This document shows, piece after piece, positions 47,687 through 58,304 of a stretch of 64,000 bases of DNA. How positions within the stretch are numbered: the first letter of the stretch is position 1; each line of letters begins with the position of its first letter. The DNA is from Treponema sp. UBA3870 (GTDB taxonomy: Bacteria; Spirochaetota; Spirochaetia; Treponematales; Treponemataceae). The position numbers and the translations under genes were made by a program. Location: assembly GCA_002392275.1 (NCBI GenBank), contig DGGQ01000107.1:3781-67780 (forward strand), in the 5' to 3' direction. The notes beneath the pieces are model-generated. The model saw nothing but the letters and a program-made list of their open reading frames with translations. It was not told the origin of the DNA and did not search any database.

Positions 47687-50600
47687 TCACTCTGCCGGAA
47701 TCAGTAGCACCTGCCCGGATCTAATTTTGTTTGCATCGCTAATTCCATTGTGTTCTGCAATCCTGTTGTAGCGGTATGGAGTTTTGTAGTAAGCGGTGGA
47801 AATGTCCCAGAGTGTGTCGCCCCAGACCACAGTGTATTTTATGTCCTCAGTGTTCGCTGGTGTCGGATTTTTTTTTACAGGAACAACAGTCTCAGGATTG
47901 GACGCAACAATAATTGTGTCTTCCTTTGCCGGAATTACAAGCTGTGCATGAGGTTCAACTTTTGTTGCAGTTTCAAAAACCTTTGGCCGCTTAACGACTT
48001 CCTCTTCCTCGACCGGTTTTGATTCGTCAGTCTTGGGTTCGGTGGTTTTTGATTCAGTGGTCTTGGTCTCGCTCTCGCTCTCAGTTTTTTCTTGAGCAAC
48101 ATTTTCGGCTGCAATTTCCGATTTTATTGTTTCAGCATCTGTTTTTCCAGTTTCGCTTGTTACTGTCCCAGGAAGTTCTTTCTGTTCAATCAATATTTCA
48201 TCCTGCTCAACAGCTTTTTCCGAAGAACGTGGCTCTCCCATTGAAGAAACAATTTCCGTTGATTTTTTTGTGGAAATATTTTCTTCGGCATTTGTGTTTG
48301 TGCTTGCAATCTCCGGTCCGTTTTTCTTTCCACCCTTTGTGCCACGCGACTGGAAAACAAGTACAAAGATAACGATGAGACAGGCTGCGAGTGCAACAAG
48401 CAAGAATATGATAGGCTTTTTGCTGTTGTCCTTTTCCTCCTCCGCACCATATTCCACGGACTTGGAAACTTTTTTTGCCTTCTTGATTTTTTTCTTTTTT
48501 CCGGCATTTGGATCGACAAATCCATCGGTTTCGCCTTCAAAAACAGCGTCAGTGTCATCAAAGTCACCGAATATTGCTCTTGTTTCGGAATCCTCCATTT
48601 TGGTTGGGGAGTCGTCAAAGTCTGGAAAATCAAAATCAGTGTCGGCGGTGGCACTTGAAACTGAGTCGAACGGATCTCCAAAGTCAGGGAAATCTGACGG
48701 AATTGTTGATTCGCTGGACTTCGCAGCGTTGCCTGCTTCCGTTGATTCAATTGATTTTGTGGACTCTGGTTCGCCTGTCGCATCCAGATTGTCAAAGTCC
48801 GGCATGTCCATGTCGTCGATGTCAAACGAAGAGTCTTCTTTTGTTTCTATCTCTGCGGCCGGTTCGGAATCGGAGGTTTCTGGTGCGGCAAAACTTTCTG
48901 TCGAAGCAAAACTGTCGGTATCCGCGGTTCCATCTTCTCCAAAATCCGGAAGGTCGAGTGAAAAATCGTCCGCCGGTTTTTCTTCTGGAGCAGGTTCCTC
49001 GGTGGATGTCAAATCAACATCGCCAAAGTCGGGGAGGTCAAGGCTGTCAACTGAAAAATCGGATGCGGAATCTGTTTCCGGTGCAGTGTCGATTTCTGTT
49101 GTGGCTCTGTCCTCGGGAGGTTCCGTTTTTGCTGGCTCTGTGTCGGCGGTATCTACAATTGTGGAATCGTCATCACCAAAGTCCGGCAAATCAAGGTCAG
49201 AGGAATCAATCTGCTCGTCAACACTGAAATCTGGAATTGCAATTTCATCGGAATCTTCCGCCGCGGCAGTGTCTACAGTTTCTTCGGTTGTGGCTGTGTC
49301 GTTTTCATCAAGGTCGGGGAGGTCCAAATCTTTTGAAACATCCTCGGGCTGTGGCTCGACAATCTCATTTTCGCTTTCGCTCGGGATTGTGAAATCACCA
49401 AGAGTTGAGGCGCTGTCAAAATCGTCCACGGAAGATGTGTCAAGTTCGTCAAAAGTTGGAAGTGAAAAATCAGCTTCAGGCTCAACGTTTTCTTCTTCGT
49501 TCTTGGTTTCTGGAATTTCAGTTTCCGCAGCTGCTTCAGGTTTGGTCTCTTTGTCGGTGTCGGTAACGAGCTCTTCAAAATCAGGTAGGTCGTAAGGATT
49601 TTTTTCGTCCGCGTCCTGTGGGGCTTCATCAAGATTTCCATCAATACTTTCATTTGCAAAATCATCATCCGGCAAATCCTGTGCGGCAAGATTTTCGTCA
49701 GGAAGATTTTCATCAAGAGCAAATGTTGCCCCGTTAGATTTTTCGGTGCTGCTTTCCTCGGGTGTGTCTGCAAAAATTGTTTCGCCCAGAGTGTCATCAA
49801 AGTCGCCCATGTCGTCAAGTTCCAAATCGGAAAAATCAGGCGGAGCTATGTCAGTGTCAACCGGTTCGTCATATTTTTCTTCGGGAACGCTATTGCCGGG
49901 CGGGATTTCATCAAAAAGGCTTGAGTCCAAAAGTGACGACGGAATCTGGAATTCATTTTCGTCAGTGGCAGGCTTAATTTTTTCACTGGCAGCTGGCTCG
50001 GTTTTTTCTTCGGCGGCAGGTTCTGGTCCGGGTTTTGATTCGGAATCATCAACAAAAGAAAATCCAGTGCCGTCGTTGTCAACAAAGACATCACGTTTTT
50101 TATTGTCCGCGTCATCAACAAAGAGGTCATCGGGGCTGAGCATGTCTTCGTCGGTAAGCGGCTTGTCAGAAACCATGTCGTCATCAATAACCTGCGCGTC
50201 GGTCATAAAATCATCGGACACAGGGGCTTCCTCGATTGAATCAATGTCAAGGGAGGTCAAATCTATTGTAGTGTCATCGTCGTCGTCAAAACCGCCTGAT
50301 GAGGAATTGTCCAAATCGGAGATGGGGTCAAAAGAAAACTCCTCGTCGTTCGCGTTCCCAAGAATCGAACTGACAGCAGAGACTCCCGGAAGAATTCCAG
50401 AGTCGGAATCGTTGAGCGCGAAGTTGGCAGGCTCCTGTCTTTCGGCTTCGGTGCGGGAGACCAAATCAACTTTGAATGCGGATGATTTTCCTGTCTCCGG
50501 GTCCTTCATCTGCGCGTGGAGATGGTTGTCCGAATCAAGGTTAAGCTCCAGATTGAAAGTTGGTTCCCCGTTCGGATGCGGTTTAAGATGGGTGATTTCC

Positions 50601-50779
50601 AAACTGTCCACGTATTCGGCATCGTCCATGGAATTTGTTTCGGAACGGTATAAATCGATTTGTACTTTTGTCTGGTTGTCTTTGACCGTGGTAACTTCCA
50701 GGTCTTTTTTTTCAACGCTGCCTTCTTCCAGAATCGGATAAAAAGAGCCGTCCGCAAGTTTAATTCCGATAGATTTCAT
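47687..50779 (-). CDS. LysM-domain membrane protein with long acidic linker
   Basis: MKSIGIKLADGSFYPIL N-terminal domain, D/E-rich LPDF repeats, one TM, YTVVWGDTLWDIS LysM. Confidence 0.85.
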   Translation of the reverse strand: MKSIGIKLADGSFYPILEEGSVEKKDLEVTTVKDNQTKVQIDLYRSETNSMDDAEYVDSLEITHLKPHPNGEPTFNLELNLDSDNHLHAQMKDPETGKSSAFKVDLVSRTEAERQEPANFALNDSDSGILPGVSAVSSILGNANDEEFSFDPISDLDNSSSGGFDDDDDTTIDLTSLDIDSIEEAPVSDDFMTDAQVIDDDMVSDKPLTDEDMLSPDDLFVDDADNKKRDVFVDNDGTGFSFVDDSESKPGPEPAAEEKTEPAASEKIKPATDENEFQIPSSLLDSSLFDEIPPGNSVPEEKYDEPVDTDIAPPDFSDLELDDMGDFDDTLGETIFADTPEESSTEKSNGATFALDENLPDENLAAQDLPDDDFANESIDGNLDEAPQDADEKNPYDLPDFEELVTDTDKETKPEAAAETEIPETKNEEENVEPEADFSLPTFDELDTSSVDDFDSASTLGDFTIPSESENEIVEPQPEDVSKDLDLPDLDENDTATTEETVDTAAAEDSDEIAIPDFSVDEQIDSSDLDLPDFGDDDSTIVDTADTEPAKTEPPEDRATTEIDTAPETDSASDFSVDSLDLPDFGDVDLTSTEEPAPEEKPADDFSLDLPDFGEDGTADTDSFASTESFAAPETSDSEPAAEIETKEDSSFDIDDMDMPDFDNLDATGEPESTKSIESTEAGNAAKSSESTIPSDFPDFGDPFDSVSSATADTDFDFPDFDDSPTKMEDSETRAIFGDFDDTDAVFEGETDGFVDPNAGKKKKIKKAKKVSKSVEYGAEEEKDNSKKPIIFLLVALAACLIVIFVLVFQSRGTKGGKKNGPEIASTNTNAEENISTKKSTEIVSSMGEPRSSEKAVEQDEILIEQKELPGTVTSETGKTDAETIKSEIAAENVAQEKTESESETKTTESKTTEPKTDESKPVEEEEVVKRPKVFETATKVEPHAQLVIPAKEDTIIVASNPETVVPVKKNPTPANTEDIKYTVVWGDTLWDISTAYYKTPYRYNRIAEHNGISDANKIRSGQVLLIPAE

Positions 50780-50963
50780 ACATACCCCTCTTTTAAATAC
50801 TATCTTAATTCTAAATGTCGGCATTATTGGAATCAAGGTTTAGGGAAAGAGTTTTTGTTTTAGGCTAACAGCTTAGAGATGCCCTTCAATTCTTGGTGAA
50901 ACACCGTTTGGCTGGCAAAAACAAAACCGGGGCAAAAAACCCCGGCTCATTGAAAAGAAATTT

Positions 50964-51800
50964 TTACTTATAGGAGTAGGTCACTGCTGACTGTGTTTGA
51001 AGCTCGTTGACCGTGCCACCAAATTTTTCGGCAACAAGGTATACGGAAATTTTTGTTGGGTTTCCGTTGGAGTCGTTCTGGTAGATTTCACGCTCGTAAA
51101 GCACATTCTTGCTGTTGTATGTCTGGATTTCGGTCAGCACGTTCTTTGCGTCGTAGCGGTAGACCAGCTTTGATGTGAGCTGTCCAGAGGCATCTGTGTA
51201 GTCGATTGTTGAAAGAAGTCCAGCGTCGTTGTATGAGTATGTCTCGTGCCTGTCAAGTGAACCGTCTCCATAGTAGCGGAAGATTTCGGCTGGCTTTCCG
51301 ACATTGTTGTTCGTTGTGATTGATCTTACCAAAAGTTTTCCGCTTCCGTCGTAGTAGGACTCGGTGACTTTGTTTGTCTTCTGGTTGTACTCGTAGATTG
51401 TCTTTCCTGTAAGATTGTCTTCGCCATCGTACTCATTTTCAACGGTGACTCTTCCGGTGGTGTCGTACTCGTATGTCGTCTTCCAGATTACCGCGTTCTG
51501 GGCGTTGTAGAATGTGGATGACGTGAGATGGTATTTCGCATCGTAGTCGTAGGTCACTTTGTCAACCATGACATCCTTTGCGCTGTAGCCTGTACATTCG
51601 GTTTCCAGACCGATGTTGTTGTAGAGGTGGACATACTTAACCGCGACAGACCTGTATGTTGAACCAAATTTTGAGACAATGGTGTAGTTTGTCTTTGTGT
51701 AGTTGGATATGTTCCCCTTTGGTGAGATTGAGTGTGTGTCATAGGCTGAGACGCTGGCTGCAACCAAGGCGGCAGCAATGAACAACAAAATCTTTTTCAT
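50964..51800 (-). CDS. Secreted YD-repeat-like protein
   Basis: Signal peptide, repeated YxYD..G motifs. Confidence 0.7.
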   Translation of the reverse strand: MKKILLFIAAALVAASVSAYDTHSISPKGNISNYTKTNYTIVSKFGSTYRSVAVKYVHLYNNIGLETECTGYSAKDVMVDKVTYDYDAKYHLTSSTFYNAQNAVIWKTTYEYDTTGRVTVENEYDGEDNLTGKTIYEYNQKTNKVTESYYDGSGKLLVRSITTNNNVGKPAEIFRYYGDGSLDRHETYSYNDAGLLSTIDYTDASGQLTSKLVYRYDAKNVLTEIQTYNSKNVLYEREIYQNDSNGNPTKISVYLVAEKFGGTVNELQTQSAVTYSYK

Positions 51801-52014
51801 AAGTTTCCTCCAAAAAATGAGAGATTTCCTTGCTTTTACTATTGGGAGCCTCTAAAAGTTTTAGTTTTTAGAGTTACATCGCGTTTTCAAGGATACCCCG
51901 AAAAGCAGAAGTCTTTCGAGATTCTCCATATTATACACTATTTTTCGGCAGAAAAAAAGGGACTGGACAGAAAAAATTGAGTTTTTTGGAAGCCTTGTTT
52001 TTAGGGAAATGCTG

Positions 52015-53076
52015 TCAGTCGAAACTCAAATCCTCCAGATCTACAATGTTGTTTCTAGCGAAAGTACATGCCCTTACGACTATGTTTCTGAGCTGGCGTA
52101 TGTTTCCGGTCCACCGGTGGGTCTCAAGTTTTCTTAGCACGGCCTTTGTGAGCGACTTGTGTTTTTCGGACGCATACATCATGGCGAACCTTGCAATGTC
52201 TTCGGCGCGTTCGTTCAGGTCGGGAACATTCAGACGCAGCACGTTGATTCGGTTGTACAAATCCTCGCGGAACTTGTTTTCCATAACCATCTGGTCTATG
52301 TCGGCGTTGGTCGCAAAAATGAATCTGCCGGAAAAATATTCTTCGGTGTCGCTTCCCTTTGGTCTAAATTTTCGTTCGGAGATTACAGTCAAAAGTTTTG
52401 CCTGCATGTCCATGGGGATTTCGGTTATCTCGTCAAAAAAGAGAGTCCCGTCCTGTGCCAGCTTTAGAACGCCATCCTTTGCGGAGACTCCTGTGAATGT
52501 GTTTTTCGCCACACCAAAAAGGTCGCCCTCGATGGAGTTGGGATTTGACTCGGCCATTGTAAAACTTACAAAAGGACCTTCCCTTCTTTTTGAATTCTGG
52601 TGGATTATCTTTGCATCGTGGGTTTTTCCGGCACCAGTCTTTCCAAGCAAAAGCACGTTCTCGTCCGATTCCGCCGCACACTTTAGTCTTCTGAAATATT
52701 CTGTCGGAGAAAAACGGTCATTCTGCTGGACCGAAAGCTGGTATTCATAGCTCACAGAAAATTTTAGCAAAAATGAACTGTCCATTTTGATAAACTTTGC
52801 TTTGGGAAAACGCCGATGCTCGCCAGTGGGGAAAAATTTGTCAGAGGAAACACAGAAGCAGCGAATCTGCAGCTTTTGACAGAAATCATACACTTCGCCA
52901 AATCTGTCGGGGGTAAAATCTGAGACCGCCGCCACCGGGGACAAGTTAAAGGAAAACTCATCCGCGCCCTGAATCCATATTATTGGAAAATCCGCACCAA
53001 GCACAAGATTGCTCCATGCGGCCAGGGATGCGGATTCACTGAATACGACTATCGCCTTAGTTTTCAGACTTTGCAT
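52015..53076 (-). CDS. Sigma54-interaction-type AAA+ protein (degenerate bEBP)
   Basis: GKTGAGKT, GTLFFDEI, QAKLL, FREDLYNR, WTGNIRQLRN. Confidence 0.85.
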   Translation of the reverse strand: MQSLKTKAIVVFSESASLAAWSNLVLGADFPIIWIQGADEFSFNLSPVAAVSDFTPDRFGEVYDFCQKLQIRCFCVSSDKFFPTGEHRRFPKAKFIKMDSSFLLKFSVSYEYQLSVQQNDRFSPTEYFRRLKCAAESDENVLLLGKTGAGKTHDAKIIHQNSKRREGPFVSFTMAESNPNSIEGDLFGVAKNTFTGVSAKDGVLKLAQDGTLFFDEITEIPMDMQAKLLTVISERKFRPKGSDTEEYFSGRFIFATNADIDQMVMENKFREDLYNRINVLRLNVPDLNERAEDIARFAMMYASEKHKSLTKAVLRKLETHRWTGNIRQLRNIVVRACTFARNNIVDLEDLSFD

Positions 53077-53824
53077 TTTGCTTGCTGTCTTTTTTGAAAA
53101 GCCTGTACCAAATCAATAGGATTCTGTATTTCATGTAGGGGAAAATCAGGAAGATTTTGAGCGGGTTGTGCTTGATTTCGTCCAAGATTTCCAGGCCCTT
53201 GTCAAATTTTTTTTCAGAAATCCTTGTGATTCGCTCACCGAAGATTCCGATTATGTCCTTCTGGTAAAGGAAGATGCTTGAAGAAAAACTGTTCCTGCGG
53301 TTGTATGCCCATCCGTCCTTTTCCTTGATTCCCTCGCTGACCAAAACCAATGAGGGGGAGGCCTTGTAGATTGCCTGGACAATATCGTTTTCGACCTGCT
53401 TTGGATAGAAGCCGACGTAGCGTCCAACAATCTGGAGGTCCTTGAATGTCGCGCGGACATTTTTTTCTGCCGCCATCAATGTTTTTTTGCGGCCACCAAG
53501 CATGTACAGAGATTTATAGTGCGATTCCAGCACGCTGAGTATGCTGATTATGGCATTGAACGGATTGTAGCGGACCGGGATTGGCTGCTTGAGTTTTTTT
53601 GCTCCCTTCAGAATGCTTTTGGAGATTGGAAGAATCAGGTCGGCGTTCTGCACACACCTTGCGTAGTCGCCCTTCCGTCTTGCCCTGAGCAAATCCCACA
53701 CGGAAAGAAAAACAATCTGCTTGGTTCCGGGCTGGGCCTCCATTTCCAGAATCTTTTCCTCAATGTCCTGAGCCTCGCAGATGTCCACGGGCACGTCCAA
53801 AACCTTTATTCTCTGAATTGCCAT
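53057..53824 (-). CDS. WecB/TagA/CpsF family glycosyltransferase
   Basis: VLDVPVD, ADLILP, LYMLGG, LQIVGRYVGFY. Confidence 0.82.
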   Translation of the reverse strand: MAIQRIKVLDVPVDICEAQDIEEKILEMEAQPGTKQIVFLSVWDLLRARRKGDYARCVQNADLILPISKSILKGAKKLKQPIPVRYNPFNAIISILSVLESHYKSLYMLGGRKKTLMAAEKNVRATFKDLQIVGRYVGFYPKQVENDIVQAIYKASPSLVLVSEGIKEKDGWAYNRRNSFSSSIFLYQKDIIGIFGERITRISEKKFDKGLEILDEIKHNPLKIFLIFPYMKYRILLIWYRLFKKDSKQNAKSEN

Positions 53825-54624
53825 AGTTCCTTCTCCCTTAGTGTATTCTGCACAACGGCCAAACCGTATAACGCCGCAGTCTCGCAGCGCAGTATGTTTG
53901 TCATAAAATGCACGGGAAGTATTTCATATTTTTTCATAACCGCTATTTCGTTTGGGGAAATGCCTCCTTCGGCACCCACAAAAACAGCGATTTTTTCTGC
54001 TTTGGTATTATCGGCAAAAGCTTCGTGGATTGTTATGGTTCCCTCGCTCTGTTCGTAAAGGACAACAGCCCTGCCTTGATTTTTGCTCTCCGTTTTCCAG
54101 ATTTCCAGCGCATTTTCCAGGGACACGCATGGCATGACCCTCGTTTCAACAGGCGAACCGCTTTGCTCCCGGGCCTCGGTGATTATGCGCTGCCAACGAT
54201 TGTCCTTGCCGTCGCTCTTTTTTTGTGCCGAATCGACCGGACCGCTTTGGCAGAACTCTCCAACCACCGGGACAACGACCGAAACTCCACATTCGGTAGC
54301 CTGTCTTATAATCAAGTCCATCTTTGGTGGCTTTGCGACAAACTGGAAAAGCCAGATTTCCTGTGGCGTGGGTGAGTTTTTTTTGTCCACCGCCATGTCA
54401 GATTTTTTGTCCGACCTTTTTCCCGCGCACTGGAGCACAAGGCTTTTTTCCGTCTGGTTGATTCTGGCGACCGTCATCTGCTGCATGGAACCATCGGGAA
54501 GACGCACATCAATCATGTCGCCCGGCTCCACACGCAGCACCTGAACAATGTGCCGGTATTTTTTTCCCGACACTTCAAGGCAGCCAGAACTGTCCAGACC
54601 GGAATCCGCTATGAACTGCCTCAT
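53806..54624 (-). CDS. rsmE: 16S rRNA U1498 methyltransferase
   Basis: HIVQVLR, QATECGV, EAREQS, VGAEGG, ILRCETA. Confidence 0.92.
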   Translation of the reverse strand: MRQFIADSGLDSSGCLEVSGKKYRHIVQVLRVEPGDMIDVRLPDGSMQQMTVARINQTEKSLVLQCAGKRSDKKSDMAVDKKNSPTPQEIWLFQFVAKPPKMDLIIRQATECGVSVVVPVVGEFCQSGPVDSAQKKSDGKDNRWQRIITEAREQSGSPVETRVMPCVSLENALEIWKTESKNQGRAVVLYEQSEGTITIHEAFADNTKAEKIAVFVGAEGGISPNEIAVMKKYEILPVHFMTNILRCETAALYGLAVVQNTLREKELWQFRE

Positions 54625-54628
54625 CAGC

Positions 54629-56122
54629 TTACTTTTCTGATTTTTCCGACTGTTCTGCTTTGACCTCAGCCTGTAGCTGCTTCAAAGTCTTGGTTGACTT
54701 CATCAGAGCCTTCATGTCCTCGGTTTTGAGAATCTTGATTGCCTCGTTGAGCTGGAGATCGTAGTCCAAATCATAAAGGCGGGCTGGCTTGGTCCTGTCA
54801 ACCTCGTTGCGGATAATCTTTCTGATTACACGATTTTCCACTGGATACGCAAGATGAAGCACGTTTGCATAGGCCGCAATATCTTCCTCGCTCATGTTTG
54901 GGTGGTTCTCGACGTATGTTTCGATTTCGTTGGACTCCACCAGACTTACGTATGCCTTCTCCTCATCCTCGCTGAATTCCGGGAACTTAACTTCCCTGTC
55001 CGGCGGAATACCAATCTTGTCTATGTTTGTGTCGCTCGGTGAATAGTAGCGCGCCACGGTGATTTTAAATCCGTCGTTGTTGATAAGCTCGCTCGGAATC
55101 TGGACGCTGCCTTTTCCGTAGGTCTTTTCGCCAACCAGATATGCGACATGGGCATCTTTCAACGCTCCAGCAAGAATTTCAGATGCAGATGCCGACGCTC
55201 CGTTAATCAGCACGACCACCGGTAGATTGCGGACCGTTGTTCTTGCCCTGTGCGCCGTGTAGACAGAGTTTTCGTAGGAAATGCGGCTCTTTGTCGAGAC
55301 AATCACACCTGAATCAATAAATTTTTCAGCAATATCAACTGAGGATGAAAGTAGTCCGCCCCCGTTGTTGCGAAGGTCAAGAATCAGCCCGGTGTATTTT
55401 TCCTTGCTGAACTTGTCTATGGCCTCCTGGACTCTCTGTGCCGTGGTTGATGAGAATTCGGTAATCTTTATGTATCCAATTTTTGAGTCCTCAATCATGC
55501 CGGATTTTACAGTTGGATTTTCAATGATTGCCCGGGTAAGCACACGCTCAAACTCCATTGTCTTTCCGCGACGGATTCTGACAGTGACATTTGTTCCAAC
55601 AGTTCCGCGAAGCATGTCCAGGACCTCGTTCATCGTTATGGTGGATGTGTCGGTTCCATCGATTGCGACAATCAAATCACCGGACTGGATTCCCGCTTTG
55701 TATCCTGGTGAATCTTCGATTGGCTGGGACACTTCTACATAGGCCGGCTTGTCTGGTTTGTTTTCGGTTGGCTTGGTGATTGAAAGACCAACCCCTCCAA
55801 AGCTGCCAACTGTAGTGTCCTTCAGGCTCCTCCATTCATCCTTTGGCATGTAGACTGAATACGGGTCGTCCAGTGCTTCGAGCATACCTTTGAGTGCACC
55901 GGCATACAGGATTTCCGGGTCAACATCATCAACATAGTTCTGCTGTATATAATAGTAGAGAGTGTTGATTATATCGAGATAGCGCTTTTCCTGTTCAGGA
56001 TTGATATTTGCGGATTTTGATTGAGACTGCGCAAAACATTGTGAAGTGGCTATGGTCATAAAAAATATGGCCGCGGCCTTGGCTATGTGGCGACGCATTG
56101 TCGCATGAATATTCTTTCCCAT
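54629..56122 (-). CDS. S41 C-terminal processing peptidase (CtpA-like)
   Basis: DPYS, FGGVG PDZ motif, DLRNNGGG, SASASEI, TYGKGSVQ. Confidence 0.93.
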   Translation of the reverse strand: MGKNIHATMRRHIAKAAAIFFMTIATSQCFAQSQSKSANINPEQEKRYLDIINTLYYYIQQNYVDDVDPEILYAGALKGMLEALDDPYSVYMPKDEWRSLKDTTVGSFGGVGLSITKPTENKPDKPAYVEVSQPIEDSPGYKAGIQSGDLIVAIDGTDTSTITMNEVLDMLRGTVGTNVTVRIRRGKTMEFERVLTRAIIENPTVKSGMIEDSKIGYIKITEFSSTTAQRVQEAIDKFSKEKYTGLILDLRNNGGGLLSSSVDIAEKFIDSGVIVSTKSRISYENSVYTAHRARTTVRNLPVVVLINGASASASEILAGALKDAHVAYLVGEKTYGKGSVQIPSELINNDGFKITVARYYSPSDTNIDKIGIPPDREVKFPEFSEDEEKAYVSLVESNEIETYVENHPNMSEEDIAAYANVLHLAYPVENRVIRKIIRNEVDRTKPARLYDLDYDLQLNEAIKILKTEDMKALMKSTKTLKQLQAEVKAEQSEKSEK

Positions 56123-56315
56123 ATCTATATTTTACGGTGTTTTTTACCAATTGTTCAAGAGCAAATTCTTTAAAAAACAAATGGAGAGCTTTTTACTCCC
56201 CATTTGTCTTGATTTGCGCTTTTTCCTACATCCCCCCGCGACTATACGAAGAGATATATTGATTATACCGTAGCATCAATTGGTACCGGTATAAATCTAC
56301 TGTCGCCGTCCATAT

Positions 56316-58136
56316 CTATCTAGCACTGGCACTTGCGCTTGCACTGGCTCCACCAGCACTAGCACTGGCACTGGCACTTGCACTAGCTCCACCAGCACTG
56401 GCACTTGCGCTTGCACTAGACTGGGACTGTGACTGATACTGGTATTGATACTGGTCCTGTGACTGGTACTGGTACTGGACGTTACTATAGTCGTCGTAAC
56501 CATCATCGTCGTCGTAATAATCATCATCGTCGTCATAATAATCATCGTCGTCGTCGTAATAATCATCATCGTCGTCGTCGTAATAATCATCATCGTCATC
56601 GTAATAATCATCATCGTCATCGTAGTAGTAGTCATCGTCGTCGTAATAATCATCATCGTAATAATAATCATCCCAGTCTTCGTCGTCGTAGTAATCGTAG
56701 TAGTCATCGTCCTCGTCGTAGTCTTCAAGCCAGTCAGAGAAATACTCTTCTACGAGATCTTCATTGAGCCAGTCGCCAACAAGTCCTGCAATCAACAGAC
56801 GCTCGTCATCAGCAAGGTCGTCATCTGCTTCCGCAATCTCGAACATGTCCGCCGCAATTGTCGCAAGAGCACCCTCGGAAATGTATTTGGAAAGGATTTC
56901 AACTGTGTCCTCAAGGAAGTTGTCTTTGTCAATCCAAAGGTTCTCACAGTTCTTTAGGACCTTTTTCGGCGAATACTCAAGTTCGAACATCTGGAGGATT
57001 CTCTTCAGCTTGTCCTGTGCAAGTTTTTTCTCTTCGGATGAAACTTCAATGTCTCCCCAATATGCAACATTGTACAGCGCGCCCAAACGGTAAACAATGT
57101 CGTATTCACCAAGTTCGTCACACATGTCTTCCCAATCCTCGTCGGACATTTCAGAGAACTCGTCTTCCATATCAACAAAAATGGACTCGTCATCATACGA
57201 CCAGGCCTCTTTCGCCGCCTGCGAGCTGATAGGATTCACGTCGTATATAACCCACGAGTCATCGCAGTTGAGGCTGGGGTCCATCATGTATTCGTAAGGA
57301 ATGTAGCAGTAGCCGCCGTCTCCCCACTGGTGTCCCCATGAGTTTCGCACTATGAAGCACTCGTCCGGATCCGAATATCCAACACAGCACATTGCGTGTC
57401 CGCCTTCATCCCTCTCGCCTCTTCTTGGCATGGGAATGAATCCCTTGCGCGGATTTTCAAATGAGGAGTATGTATTCACGGCAAAAATAATTGGATATCC
57501 CTCCGCAAGAACGCTCTTCCATGTGTCAAGCTCCAGAGGAACAAACTCGTATTTTGAAATCCTGTTTTCCTGTGCCTCGGAGTATGATTCGCTGCTTGGT
57601 TTCTGGGCGAATTTTTTTACAACATAAGGCCATGTATCTTCGCTGCACACACCCGTTTCATTGAGCGACTGAAGGATTGAACTGTTGAATGTACCCTCGT
57701 CACGACTTGTATTGTTGTCGATTGCGCGTGCGTTGTAGTACAAAAACAGACGGCTCACGTTGTAGTCGGAAATGCCCTGATTGCGGTTAATCAGATACTC
57801 ATAGGCTCCGGCGGTCGCATTGGCCGTACATGAACCGAGTTCCCCCTGATTCTCCACTGCTGTCATGAATTTTCTAAGGTCAACCTTTGATGGAAGGTCC
57901 TTGGATGATTTTGCCGCCTTATATTTTGGTGCGGATGCACGGGCCGCGGGGTTTGCTCTTTTGTAACCGCCCGTCTTGATTATACTTCCATCCGCACGCT
58001 TGATAATACCGCCACTTGATGTAGTGGATACTACGCCTCTGTCATCGGACGATCTGTTTGAACTTCCTCCACCGGAACATGAAGAAATCAGCATTGCACA
58101 AGTGATGGCCATTATAATGCCGGCTATTTTTTTCAT
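56316..58136 (-). CDS. Papain-like C1 cysteine peptidase lipoprotein with acidic helical domain and low-complexity tail
   Basis: Lipobox ISSC; QGELGSCTAN (Cys), GGHAM (His), RNSWG (Asn). Confidence 0.88.
   Translation of the reverse strand: MKKIAGIIMAITCAMLISSCSGGGSSNRSSDDRGVVSTTSSGGIIKRADGSIIKTGGYKRANPAARASAPKYKAAKSSKDLPSKVDLRKFMTAVENQGELGSCTANATAGAYEYLINRNQGISDYNVSRLFLYYNARAIDNNTSRDEGTFNSSILQSLNETGVCSEDTWPYVVKKFAQKPSSESYSEAQENRISKYEFVPLELDTWKSVLAEGYPIIFAVNTYSSFENPRKGFIPMPRRGERDEGGHAMCCVGYSDPDECFIVRNSWGHQWGDGGYCYIPYEYMMDPSLNCDDSWVIYDVNPISSQAAKEAWSYDDESIFVDMEDEFSEMSDEDWEDMCDELGEYDIVYRLGALYNVAYWGDIEVSSEEKKLAQDKLKRILQMFELEYSPKKVLKNCENLWIDKDNFLEDTVEILSKYISEGALATIAADMFEIAEADDDLADDERLLIAGLVGDWLNEDLVEEYFSDWLEDYDEDDDYYDYYDDEDWDDYYYDDDYYDDDDYYYDDDDDYYDDDDDYYDDDDDDYYDDDDDYYDDDDDYYDDDDGYDDYSNVQYQYQSQDQYQYQYQSQSQSSASASASAGGASASASASASAGGASASASASAR
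56320..56725 (-). repeat. Coding low-complexity repeats: (D)nYY, QY/QS, ASASASAGG
   Basis: Visible in DNA and protein; boundaries approximate. Confidence 0.9.
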
Positions 58137-58304
58137 AATGTCTCCTTCCGAGTTTTCTCGCTTGTTAGATAGTATACAAGGCAAATAAAAAAGTGACTAC
58201 CCAATTAGGTGGTATTTTTTGCAAAACTGTCCGCCCGTATGTTGATGTATGTTGATTGCCGAAAATAGATTGCCCTAGCCATGGTTTTGGTATACAATAG
58301 ATGT

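Noticed and set aside
48270-50741. Long Ser-rich plus-strand ORFs
   Set aside because: Antisense shadows of the acidic LysM protein linker
50815-50842. Sigma28-like promoter before the LysM gene
   Set aside because: Spacing is one base off and the -10 (GCCGACAT) deviates from consensus; too weak to call
56297-56767. Thr/Met-rich and His/Arg-rich ORFs
   Set aside because: Alternative frames of the Asp/Tyr repeat
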